A DNA stretch of 55,264 nt from Paramoeba atlantica. Its lineage: Eukaryota; Protista; Discosea. Shown here piece by piece: positions 1 to 9,560 of this stretch. The notes beneath the pieces were generated by a model that made no database searches, was not told the DNA's origin, and worked only from the letters and a program-made list of their open reading frames with translations. The position numbers and the translations under genes are program-made. Numbering within the stretch: the first letter of the stretch is position 1; each line of letters begins with the position of its first letter. The stretch lies in contig CDRNVI010000082.1 of NCBI GenBank assembly GCA_977017575.1, forward strand, positions 1 to 55,264, written 5' to 3'.

Positions 1-498
1 AATAATTTTTCCAAAATGGTTTCCCCTATTGTATTTTGATAGTTTGGGACCTACACTAGCTTTCTACGCAGTTGTTTTCGCAAGGTATCACTTCTTCGAA
101 CTGTGGTGCGCCCCCCAAAATGACCCATTTTTGACTAAAAAAGGTGAAAAAGTATTTTTCGGACCTAAAGGGGCATTTTTGTGTCGAAAAAATGGTATGG
201 TTGGAGTCGCATTCTCTACCCAATACGTTCGGTAGGCTTTCATTCATGCCTGCGAGTGATTTCCCACGCGCAAATGTCGGATTTAGTGCTCTGAGAGCAA
301 AAATATGCGAAAATGACCCCATTTGTACCCGAAATTTGGCTATTTTTGGCTATAATCTTTCCGTTTTCCAGGCTAAATTTTCTTTTTTAGGCTCTTCGTT
401 AAACGCGGCGGTAGTTTTCAACGCGAAGCGCGCAGCATGAGTGACTTCTAAGTTGAAAGCAACCACCGCGTTTAACGAAGAGCCTAAAAAAGAAAATT
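1..498 (+). repeat. Non-autonomous Helitron-associated repeat, unit A (5' end beyond window), ending in a 123-bp palindrome (376-498)
   Basis: Near-identical inverted copy at 40151-40640 and a diverged copy at 41348-41860. The terminal palindrome has ~47-bp arms (376-422, 452-498) and a 29-nt spacer. Confidence 0.8.
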
Positions 499-658
499 AT
501 ACCTCCTAGGTATAATAACCCGGACGGTGGTTTAGTAAAACTTTTTTATTATTTTACAATATAAGTTTTACTAATTTTTGCGAGCACTGTATAATAGAGT
601 ACACATGTGTTTCGCTGCATGTACAGCATATTTACAAATCTAATATTTTTTGTAATGA

Positions 659-1489
659 ATGTTCTCATCATGTACTTTTTTTTCTTTGTTCGGGCTTCAC
701 ACAGTTCATAACGCTGACGTCCCTGCGCGACGAGTATTAGCGGGAAAGGTGCGAGCGACGAATTTCCCGCAAGAATATCAACTTTCACGATTTATTGAGG
801 ATGTAAAAAATCCGCATTCTCTATGGAATTCTTCAAATCATGCCTGCGATTGGAAGGGTGTGACTTGTCAGGACGATCTACAAGTCACGGGAATCGATTG
901 GCGTGATATGGATCTTAAAGGGTCTCTCCATTGGGATTGGCTACCGTATTCTTTGCTATCCTTTAGCGGAACACACAATAAGCTCTCGGGAGAGGTGGTG
1001 CTCAATACGTTGCCCCCACATCTTTCCTACTTTGACGCAACTAAGAATTTCTTTAGCGGCAAGCTAGATTTGTGTCATTTCACGCACTCATTGCAACATT
1101 TTTTGATAAATACTAATAAGTTGGAAGGCTCTCTGGACCTTACTCAGTTACCGCCTCATTTGGAACATTTGGGAATTTCGCGGAACAAGTTTTCTGGTGC
1201 CGTTCGTTTTGATCGCCTGCCTCCAAGTTTACTTTATTTTGACTTATCGCACAACACATTTACGGGGCCTCTCCACGTACAGAACTTACCTTCGAAACTT
1301 CAAGCATTCTTCTGTAATAACAATTGTTTCAGTGGCTTAGTGTTGATTGACAATCTTCCGACACAGCTAGAGCATTTCACTATGAATATGAACTTCAGAC
1401 TTTTTGGTCGAATTGACAAGTCCATTCTTCCTGCGACTTTGCTGAATTTTAATATAGCTAACACAAAGATTTTTTTGACAAGGCAGTAA
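659..1489 (+). CDS. Leucine-rich repeat protein (family copy 1)
   Basis: N-cap W...CDWKGVTC followed by ~24-aa LxxLxLxxNxL/FSGxLDL repeats. Confidence 0.85.
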   Translation: MFSSCTFFSLFGLHTVHNADVPARRVLAGKVRATNFPQEYQLSRFIEDVKNPHSLWNSSNHACDWKGVTCQDDLQVTGIDWRDMDLKGSLHWDWLPYSLLSFSGTHNKLSGEVVLNTLPPHLSYFDATKNFFSGKLDLCHFTHSLQHFLINTNKLEGSLDLTQLPPHLEHLGISRNKFSGAVRFDRLPPSLLYFDLSHNTFTGPLHVQNLPSKLQAFFCNNNCFSGLVLIDNLPTQLEHFTMNMNFRLFGRIDKSILPATLLNFNIANTKIFLTRQ

Positions 1490-1630
1490 GAGATTCTTGT
1501 TTTGTTTCAAAACGAAATTACCGTACGTACCCCCTGACTGTACACGACGAAAACTGAAAAATCTGGTTTTTCGGGGGGTTTCAGGGCGTGTGCAAAGTGA
1601 GGGAGTGTGCAAAGTCATGAAGTAGCACTA

Positions 1631-1913
1631 CCGTATACCCCCCCAGTAACAGAGATTTGGCCATTTTTGGGCTGATCCCCAGTAACAAGGATTTGGCCCG
1701 GGAGGGTGGTTGGAGGGGGGGGGGATATTTGGGAGGGTGGAGGTGGCTGGGCAGGGTGAGGGTGGTTGCGCGCGAGCGAGTGGCGTATTTGCGGGGTTGA
1801 CTGGGCAGAAAATTAACGCAATCATGAACAAAAAAGATGAACCAAAACCCGCCCAGTAACAAGGATTTGGCCATGTTGGTCCAAAATCAATTCTATTACT
1901 GGGGGGTATACGG
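1631..1913. mobile_element. MITE, Tc1/mariner-pogo-like
   Basis: TIR CCGTATACCCCCCCAGTAA ... TTACTGGGGGGTATACGG flanked by TA on both sides. Internal CCCCCAGTAAC repeats. Related copy at 34928-35397. Confidence 0.8.
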
Positions 1914-2385
1914 TAAATACTTAGAGGGGTGACTCCTATCCAGGCGCTTCTAGGCGCTTCCAGTGAACTTCTATGGAGTTCAGACTTGGTAATTTGAGGA
2001 CAAGCAACATAAACCCCCCTATGGGGGGACATGGGGGGGGCACACCTTTTTTATTTTCTGAAATATTGTCCAAGGAAGTGACAGATTGGGCCGCGGCTAT
2101 CATTCTGGTGAGGTAATAAGACATTTTGCACTGCGTCAGCAAGAGATGAATGGCGTAAATTGTTGTTGTTTTTGTTGGTAACAAGAGCGCCTGCAATACC
2201 CTCATGCAAGCGCCTCAAATACCACTCCGGTTCTCGGGCTCCGCCCGAGTACGGGGAGGCAAGACTCTCCTAGATTTTTTTCTATCCTAGTTATAGACAT
2301 TTATAGGCTAGTTGTAGGCATCTGGGAATTTCTCTAACTTTACACAGAAGACACTTATACTCTCATTTTTTTCTATTAACCCTCT

Positions 2386-3141
2386 ATGTTATTACTCCCT
2401 ACTTGTGCTCAAGACTTCTCTTCACGGGCAGGACGTATTCAGCACGCTGTTCTACCCCCGGAGATACAACTTGGGCGGTTGGTTCGTAATATTTCGAATC
2501 CTCATTCCACGTGGCTGCGGAGCTCACCGCCTGAGGAGTGGAATGGTGTATTTATCGGCAACGGCATCATTGAAGTACTGCGATGGAGGGGCATGAATCT
2601 CAAAGGTACAATTCCTTGGGAATATCTCCCCGCTTATCTAGTGACACTTTCTTTGCTGGAAAACGAACTAGAGGGTACCCTTAGCACTTCTTGTCTTCCT
2701 TCTTCACTTTTGGCGCTGCAACTTGGTTGCAACCAGTTTGCTGGAAGCCCAGATCTTGCAACTCTCCCTGCTTCCTTAATTACGCTTGGTCTCCATCAGA
2801 ACAAGTTCTCTGGGAAGCTAGATCTGGAAGTTCTGCCACGTGAGCTGCGCTACGCCACTTTTGAGCGTAATTCCTACCATGGGGAACTTTGTCTCACGTC
2901 CTTGCTACCAAGTACACTGCGTGAACTGGACGTGAGTCGATGTTATTTTTCCGGTTTTCTAGATTTGCGAGATCTTCAGCCCATGAGGATGGTGAGGATG
3001 AGAAGGAACTATTTCACGCGTGTTATTCCAGCCTCATCTGATCTTCCTTTTTATGTACACTACGAATGGCAATATTCGGTGGTGGAGCTGCCATCAAAAT
3101 TCTGGCTCACCAGCTCACTTCTGGACTACTACAAGGACTAA
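2386..3141 (+). CDS. Leucine-rich repeat protein (family copy 2)
   Basis: LPPEIQL..N...W....WNGV cap and LRRs (LxxLxLxxNxFxG). Confidence 0.85.
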   Translation: MLLLPTCAQDFSSRAGRIQHAVLPPEIQLGRLVRNISNPHSTWLRSSPPEEWNGVFIGNGIIEVLRWRGMNLKGTIPWEYLPAYLVTLSLLENELEGTLSTSCLPSSLLALQLGCNQFAGSPDLATLPASLITLGLHQNKFSGKLDLEVLPRELRYATFERNSYHGELCLTSLLPSTLRELDVSRCYFSGFLDLRDLQPMRMVRMRRNYFTRVIPASSDLPFYVHYEWQYSVVELPSKFWLTSSLLDYYKD

Positions 3142-3775
3142 GTTCCACTACAAGGACTTAGTTCTAAAATAGAAGATCGTAATTAACTGAACTGTTTTGT
3201 TGTTCATAATCGAAATTAATTTTAATGTTTCTTTTATCAAAACTTTGCCTTGATATTGTCAAGATAACGTGCAGTAATTTATTTCCGAAAAAAGGTCAAA
3301 AGGGACTTTTTTCCCCAAAAAGCTTTTAACTTCGTATTTTATTTAATAAACTGTACCAAAGAAGAAAATTTATGACCTTTACCTTGGTTCTGGTTCTGAG
3401 CCTGGAAAAAGATTTTAAATTCTTTAAACAGTGGATTACAAGAAGTCCCTAATTCACATAGTGCGGTACAGGCTTCTATCACCACGTCATCCAAGATTCC
3501 CAATTACAAAACGTGATGCAGTCAGACATTTTACAGCTTATGCAAAGAAAAATGATAGAGCGGAGTCGTGTGAGCAACAAAAATATGATGCTTAATCACT
3601 CGCTTAGGTAATACAGAAAATGTGTCTGCGAAACTACCACGAAACAAAATCAAGTTTTTTTTCACCCGAAAAAAGTTACAGCAGTGCTTTTTAGTTCGTA
3701 AAAAGCAATTTTTTACTAAAACGTTTTATTTTTTTCAAAGCAGAACACCATTTTTTTACTTCTCTGTCACAAAAC

Positions 3776-6700
3776 ATGTTTAATTATTCTACCGTGTCTC
3801 ACTTCTACTGGGCGCAGTTAAAACATTCTTCGGCGCTTCGAGATTCTATTCTGAATCCTGATTACATCAGGTTTGCTCATTTTATTAAGGCGCAGTGGTG
3901 CACACCTCAAAAACCGGCATGGACCGACAACGCTTCTCGTCGCGAGACCATTTCCGTATCCAGCCCTTCCGACAACGTAGTTTTGGGTGAATACCCAACA
4001 GCAACGGAGATGGAAATTGATCAAGCCGTAAAAGCTGCTGAGTTGAGCCGTATAAAATGGAGAAGGGTCTCCGCGCAACATCGTTTCACTCGCTTGCTTT
4101 ACGTCTGCGAGGCTTTAGGGAGGAAGGACGTACTACAGCGACTGGCTCGAACGGAGGCGCTCCAAACAGGCATTCCGCTACGGATAATATCCGCTCAATT
4201 GCGCAACTTGCTACAGCAGTTTACTTCAAGTCTACACGACTGTATGCGAAACCGACATCAGTCATTACATGACTCTCACAAGGATGTTACAACTACCAAA
4301 AAATGCTTTATGACGAATTGCACGTGTTGTTTATTTTCGGAGAACGTTTTAACGTGTGACGAAGGAAACAGCACTTCTCTCGCTTTTCCCACTCCTGCAC
4401 AATTTATTGACCGAAAATCTCATCGTCAACATCTTCAGAAAATGTGCGACGACGTGTCAAATAGTTCTGGGCGCACACCCGGGGTCGTTGCTGTTTTCGG
4501 CACGCCTGTTTCTCCATTATTTTACGGCCTGTGGAGTGTGTTAAATATTTTGGCACGTGGGGACACAGTGGTATGGAAACCTCACGAGAGTGTTCCACTT
4601 AGCGCCTTGGCGTTGGCCCATTCCCTATCACATGTTCCTTTTTCTGACCGCGGGATCACTCCACAAAAACTTGGCACCAATACCACAAAAAACTCTGATG
4701 AAGCAGAGCATCTATTTACGGATGCGGGCGGAATTTCTCTCGCGTTACCTGTTGGCTCAATTAATGTAATCCTTGGCAGAGGCAAGGGATGCGTTGGCGA
4801 GTCATTATCGCGACATTTTTTGGTCCAAAGTGTACGTGTTGCGAACGAGGCCAATCCTGCTGCAGAGTTTAAAACATGTAGGGTTACCGATTCTAGTACA
4901 AATTCCACCCCATCGAAGGGCTTAGAGACATCATCACCGACCTACCTTACCGGGTATTTCGACACCCCTACCGTAACCCATCGTATCTGGCCCGATCTCA
5001 CACGTCTACCTGAAAAACACAGCTCCTCTTCCGACCCCGTCGTTCGTTTCTTTTCTCAGTGCTTTCACAAGATGTCAACCAAGAATCAAGAACCCACCAA
5101 CTCCCCTTCCCCTCTTTCCTTCAAAGAATACACCAACATGGCACTTCAAATCGCCCACTCCCACTGTTTCCTCCCCATGGGATACAGCCTCCCCCATTGT
5201 TCTATGATTCTACTCCCCTCCTCCCCGTATCGGTTTCACCGAACCTCGGGAGCCTCCCCAAAATCTTTCTCAGAGGCGCCCTCTCAAGGGTCCTCGAACT
5301 CCTTGTTAAAGGATGCCCTCCCAAGACCTCACTCAGAGGCTCACTCTCGGGGGACCTCAAAACCTCTCTTAGAGAAATCCCCCTCAAAAGAGGATTCCCT
5401 ATCACAGGCGCTCTCTCAGGGAACCTCGAAACCCCTATCAAAGGATTCTCCTCCAAAAACTCTCTCACAGAGCATTCCCCCAAACCCTCTCTCACAGGGT
5501 ACTCCCCCAAGCCCTCTCTCACAGAGTATTCCCCTCTCCAAACTCAATCCTCCATCACAGGATTCCCCCTGTCCCTCCCCTACCTCTTCTTCCCCTACCT
5601 CTTCTTCCCCTACCTCTTCTTCCCCTATCTCCCCTACCTCTTCCTCCCCTATCTCCCCTACCTCTTCCTCCCCTACCTCTTCTTCCCCTATCTCCCCTAC
5701 CTCTTCCTCCCCTACCTCTTCTTCCCCTATCTCCCCTACCTCTTCCTCCCCTATATCTTCTCCCCCTATCTCTTCCTCCCCTAACTCTTCCCCTATATCC
5801 CCTAGCTCCTCCCCTACCTCTTCTTCCCCTAACTCCTCCCCTACCTCTTCTCCCCCTACCTCCTCTTCCCCTATCTCCCCTACCTCTTCCTCCCCTATCT
5901 CCCCTACCTCTTCCTCCCCTACCTCTTCTTCCCCTATCTCCCCTACCTCTTCCTCCCCTATATCTTCTCCCCCTATCTCTTCCTCCCCTAACTCTTCCCC
6001 TATATCCCCTAGCTCCTCCCCTATCTCCCCTACCTCTTCCCCTATATCCCCTAGCTCCTCCCCTACCTCTTCTTCCCCTAACTCCTCCCCTACCTCTTCT
6101 CCCCCTACCTCCTCTTCCCCTATCTCCCCTACCTCTTCCTCCCCTATCTCCCCTACCTCTTCCTCCCCTATCTCCCCTACCTCTTCCTCCCCTACCTCTT
6201 CTTCCCCTATCTCCCCTACCTCTTCCTCCCCTACCTCTTCTTCCCCTATCTCCCCTACCTCTTCCTCCCCTATATCTTCTCCCCCTATCTCTTCCTCCCC
6301 TAACTCTTCCCCTATATCCCCTAGCTCCTCCCCTACCTCTTCTTCCCCTAACTCCTCCCCTACCTCTTCTCCCCCTACCTCCTCTTCCCCTATCTCCCCT
6401 ACCTCTTCCTCCCCTATCTCCCCTACCTCTTCCTCCCCTACCTCTTCTTCCCCTATCTCCCCTACCTCTTCCTCCCCTATATCTTCTCCCCCTATCTCTT
6501 CCTCCCCTAACTCTTCCCCTATATCCCCTAGCTCCTCCCCTATCTCCCCTACCTCTTCCCCTATATCCCCTAGCTCCTCCCCTACCTCTTCTTCCCCTAA
6601 CTCCTCCCCTACCTCTTCTCCCCCTACCTCCTCTTCCCCTATCTCCCCTACCTCTCCTCCCCCCATCCACCCCCTCCTCCACGCCCTCACCCACGCCCTA

Positions 6701-7300
6701 CGCCCCGGACACGCCCTCGACCCCCACACCGCCCTCGGCCCCCTGCGACGTCCCCAGGACGCCGTAACCTGCCTGGCCTACCTCAGGGCGTGCCAGCAGT
6801 CCCGCGGGTGGGACCTCGTCGCCGGGGGGTTCACCGTGGCCCTCCCCGGGGGGTGCTACCTGGCCCCCGCGGTGGTGTACCGGCACGTGGAGGTAGAGGG
6901 GGGGCGGGAGGGGGAGGGGGAGGAGAGGGGCAACGAGGTAGAGGGGAAAGACCGCTCCCGCAAGGGAGGGTTGGGGGAGGGGGAGGGGAAAAGGGATGAA
7001 AAGAAGATAAAGGAGAGGAAGAATAAGGGTGTCGAGTGGATAGGCTCGGGAGAAGGGGGAGGAGAGGGGGGAACGAGGGGGATGGAGGGGGGAGAGGGAA
7101 AAGAGGGGGGGGATAAGGGGGTGGTGTGTTCCAACACTATGGAGGAGGCTATGGTACGTCTGTACCGCTCCTTGGAGAAGTTGATAGAGGACTGTCCCCG
7201 GGGTCCGATTCTTCATGTAGTGAGTGTCGGGGATGGAAGAGGGGGCAAGAATGAGTGCGGTGAGGCGTTCAAGGAGAAGGGGGGAAGGGGATGTGCCTGA
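3776..7300 (+). CDS. Aldehyde-dehydrogenase-superfamily-like protein, degenerate, with a large Ser/Pro/Thr repeat insertion
   Basis: ALDH-like motifs: SPSDNVVLG, EIDQAVKAA, LARTEALQTG, RGDTVVWKPHESVPLS, GSINVILG, ALGPL, GGCYLAPAVV, GPILHVV. The catalytic GQxC position appears to read GYSL. Confidence 0.65.
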   Translation: MFNYSTVSHFYWAQLKHSSALRDSILNPDYIRFAHFIKAQWCTPQKPAWTDNASRRETISVSSPSDNVVLGEYPTATEMEIDQAVKAAELSRIKWRRVSAQHRFTRLLYVCEALGRKDVLQRLARTEALQTGIPLRIISAQLRNLLQQFTSSLHDCMRNRHQSLHDSHKDVTTTKKCFMTNCTCCLFSENVLTCDEGNSTSLAFPTPAQFIDRKSHRQHLQKMCDDVSNSSGRTPGVVAVFGTPVSPLFYGLWSVLNILARGDTVVWKPHESVPLSALALAHSLSHVPFSDRGITPQKLGTNTTKNSDEAEHLFTDAGGISLALPVGSINVILGRGKGCVGESLSRHFLVQSVRVANEANPAAEFKTCRVTDSSTNSTPSKGLETSSPTYLTGYFDTPTVTHRIWPDLTRLPEKHSSSSDPVVRFFSQCFHKMSTKNQEPTNSPSPLSFKEYTNMALQIAHSHCFLPMGYSLPHCSMILLPSSPYRFHRTSGASPKSFSEAPSQGSSNSLLKDALPRPHSEAHSRGTSKPLLEKSPSKEDSLSQALSQGTSKPLSKDSPPKTLSQSIPPNPLSQGTPPSPLSQSIPLSKLNPPSQDSPCPSPTSSSPTSSSPTSSSPISPTSSSPISPTSSSPTSSSPISPTSSSPTSSSPISPTSSSPISSPPISSSPNSSPISPSSSPTSSSPNSSPTSSPPTSSSPISPTSSSPISPTSSSPTSSSPISPTSSSPISSPPISSSPNSSPISPSSSPISPTSSPISPSSSPTSSSPNSSPTSSPPTSSSPISPTSSSPISPTSSSPISPTSSSPTSSSPISPTSSSPTSSSPISPTSSSPISSPPISSSPNSSPISPSSSPTSSSPNSSPTSSPPTSSSPISPTSSSPISPTSSSPTSSSPISPTSSSPISSPPISSSPNSSPISPSSSPISPTSSPISPSSSPTSSSPNSSPTSSPPTSSSPISPTSPPPIHPLLHALTHALRPGHALDPHTALGPLRRPQDAVTCLAYLRACQQSRGWDLVAGGFTVALPGGCYLAPAVVYRHVEVEGGREGEGEERGNEVEGKDRSRKGGLGEGEGKRDEKKIKERKNKGVEWIGSGEGGGEGGTRGMEGGEGKEGGDKGVVCSNTMEEAMVRLYRSLEKLIEDCPRGPILHVVSVGDGRGGKNECGEAFKEKGGRGCA
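5560..6660 (+). repeat. In-frame pyrimidine-rich minisatellite (CCCTACCTCTTC(T/C)TC variants) encoding TSSSP/ISP repeats
   Basis: ~1.1 kb almost G-free + strand with 12-24-bp units and higher-order block duplications. Confidence 0.95.
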
Positions 7301-7821
7301 CGTAATGTCTTTTTTTGATAGGATACCATGGAACTACAGTGGTGGTCAGCGACATGTACGCCCCCCTACAGGTTTTGTGGTTTATCCCACTTTAAAAATT
7401 TTCTGTATACCACCGTTTTTCGACCCAATCGTTCCGAATCCGCGTACTTTTCCCACTGGTGAAATCCTGTATCATACACGCTGTACCTAAACTCAAGATT
7501 AAACAGCCAAAAACGCGAAATGTTTTTACAGACTACGATTCATGTGACCCCCCCTTTAAATTTCGCCCAGTTTCACCCGACAAAACCAAATGACTCCAAG
7601 CACTATGTTTTCCAAATCATCGTCACCAAAAAAAGATATGCGGTCGTAGCTCGTCTTTAAGAATCCCTCACAATGAACGCGGGCAACGTGATTTACGGTA
7701 GAACCGCCCACCATTAAAATTTTGAGCTTGAGAAGTCGGTCTTCCCCCAAGTTACTGGACTGGTAGTCCATGAGCTCTTTGGCCATGACATAGCCATCAT
7801 ACACCTTGTGTCTTGTGAAAA

Positions 7822-7849
7822 ATAAAGATACAGTTTCTGTACCTTGTTG
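7822..7849 (+). other. Spliced-leader relic (28 nt) at the 5' end of the retrotransposon
   Basis: ATAAAGATACAGTTTCTGTACCTTGTTG resembles the 3' part of kinetoplastid SL exons (..GATACAGTTTCTGTACT.TATTG). It is identical to 11800-11827 and lies 40 nt upstream of the ORF1 ATG. Confidence 0.8.
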
Positions 7850-7889
7850 AATTATTTTTCAATTTTGTACTAAACGTATCTTCCGGAGC

Positions 7890-9560
7890 ATGGCCTCCAA
7901 TGACCCCTTACCTGCTCCTGTCGCGCACGACGATCTCTCTCGAGGATCTGTCAGAGCGAGGCGACACAGTCAAGCGTTTCACTTTAGCAGAAGTCGCGCA
8001 GTATCTATGAAGCTGCGCTTATCAGAAAGCACACTCTGGTCTTACTTTCCTGACACACATGCAGCAGCTGTTTTCCTTACCGAAAAGAGTTTATTCTCGA
8101 GCGTACACACGGCTGAAGCTTCCCTCGGTAAGACCCTCCGAACAGGAGCCAAAAGAGATGATGGCTTAGTCATCGAGAAATGCAACCTGCAAGAAGTTAT
8201 CGATCATGAAGCATGTGACTACGTGGAGTACCGAGAAATACAGGACCCCCATCGAATCGCGAGCTGGGCCTCAGCGTACAGCGACGAACACTTGGATCTT
8301 TGTTCTCACTATGCCTCCGCTCAGACATTTGGAAAGGCAGTTCTGAAGAAACTAAATGGGTGCAACGTACCCGGTCTATCCCATCTTTCAGTACGACATA
8401 TAGCCCCTGTTAACCAAACGGAGAACCAGTCTTGGAACCGATGTTCAATCACATTCGACGCCCCTTACAAAATCAGAGCCGATGATCACTCCCTACCACT
8501 CCTCAACAAACCCGACAAAACTCCCATGCCCTGTGCCCATCGATGCCGCAATAAAGCAACATGCCTACATCCATGCTGCAAAATTATCGACACGACACCT
8601 GCCACCGCAGACCCAACCTTAACAGACGATGTACCTTTCACCCAACCAATGACGACATTCAACCCAAGCACTCCTGTCATGAATCCTGAAAGACGTCCCT
8701 GTCGGCACACATGTCGAGACAAACAGGCATGTGGACATATATGCTGCAAAGTGGGAGTACTCGTTGAACAGAGTACGTCTACGCACACACATCATGAGGC
8801 GCCATCCAGAGCGGGAGTTCCTCATAACCACTTCCCTCCTCCCTTAGTTAACACCCGTAACCACCCCGCTACGCCGTCTGCAGGAATAGAGAGCCCGGGG
8901 TCCGGCGATTCTCGTGCACCCCCATCACCAATACCAACCAATCCTGAGCACGTGAACCTGCGCAACTCGACATCCAACATCCAGTACCGTCCGTGCCTAC
9001 ACCAGTGTAGTGACAAAACGATGTGTAAACATCAATGTTGCAAAACTGGGGTTCGTGTCTCCCCAGAGGAGGCAACGAACTCGAGATGGTCACTAAGGGG
9101 TCTTCTTCCCTGGCCTAACCAAAGTTCCAGTGCCCCGATAACGACGAGGGCCTCGTCAACGGAGAGAAATATCACAGCTGAGACCCTTCGAGACGACGGA
9201 AATAGGCAAAGACAAATCCAGCAAATGGAACACCCAACAAGTAATACAGGACGCGAAACCGGGCTCCCAGAAAGCATACCTCAAAGTACCAGTAGCGGAG
9301 TACTGCAAGGAGAACGACGCCGTCCATGTGCGCATAAATGCAATGACAAGACACAATGCAAGCACGATTGCTGTAAAAAGGGGGTGCTTCTTAAAGCTGG
9401 AGAGATGGTGTGCTCTGCGCTACTATGGACAGCGCGTGGACTCGCTGGTATCCCAGACAACCCTCCGATAGCGCGCGATGCTCCCGTGACAGTCAACTGT
9501 TCGAACCGAATCAACAGAGTCCACGAGAAGGATAAATCACACTCGGGTGAATCCCGGTGA
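7890..9560 (+). pseudogene. Retrotransposon N-terminal region with four C-x-H-x-C-x2-K-x2-C-x-H-x-C-C-K zinc fingers
   Basis: PCAHRCRNKATCLHPCCK (~8529), PCRHTCRDKQACGHICCK (~8697), PCLHQCSDKTMCKHQCCK (~8991), PCAHKCNDKTQCKHDCCK (~9324). Confidence 0.8.

Noticed and set aside
29-440. Small ORFs recurring in repeat units A and B
   Set aside because: They are chance frames in non-coding repeats and are not conserved as open frames among copies.
2233-2273. Classical Helitron 3' end (CTCGGG-CTCCG-CCCGAG hairpin ... CTAG)
   Set aside because: It is a single instance, the spacing is long (20 nt), and there is no matching 5' end or second copy in the window.
3128-3168. ~20-bp tandem duplication at the LRR copy 2 stop codon (similar 18-bp duplication at 15074-15111)
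   Set aside because: It is compatible with ordinary slippage, and there is no element between the copies.
5416-6729. Long - strand ORFs encoding Glu/Gly or Arg/Gly (RGG-like) repeats
   Set aside because: They are antisense shadows of the stop-free minisatellite. The + frame is flanked by ALDH motifs.
7556-7804. 82-aa - strand ORF adjacent to the retrotransposon 5' end
   Set aside because: It is short, opposite to the cluster orientation, and has no recognisable motif.
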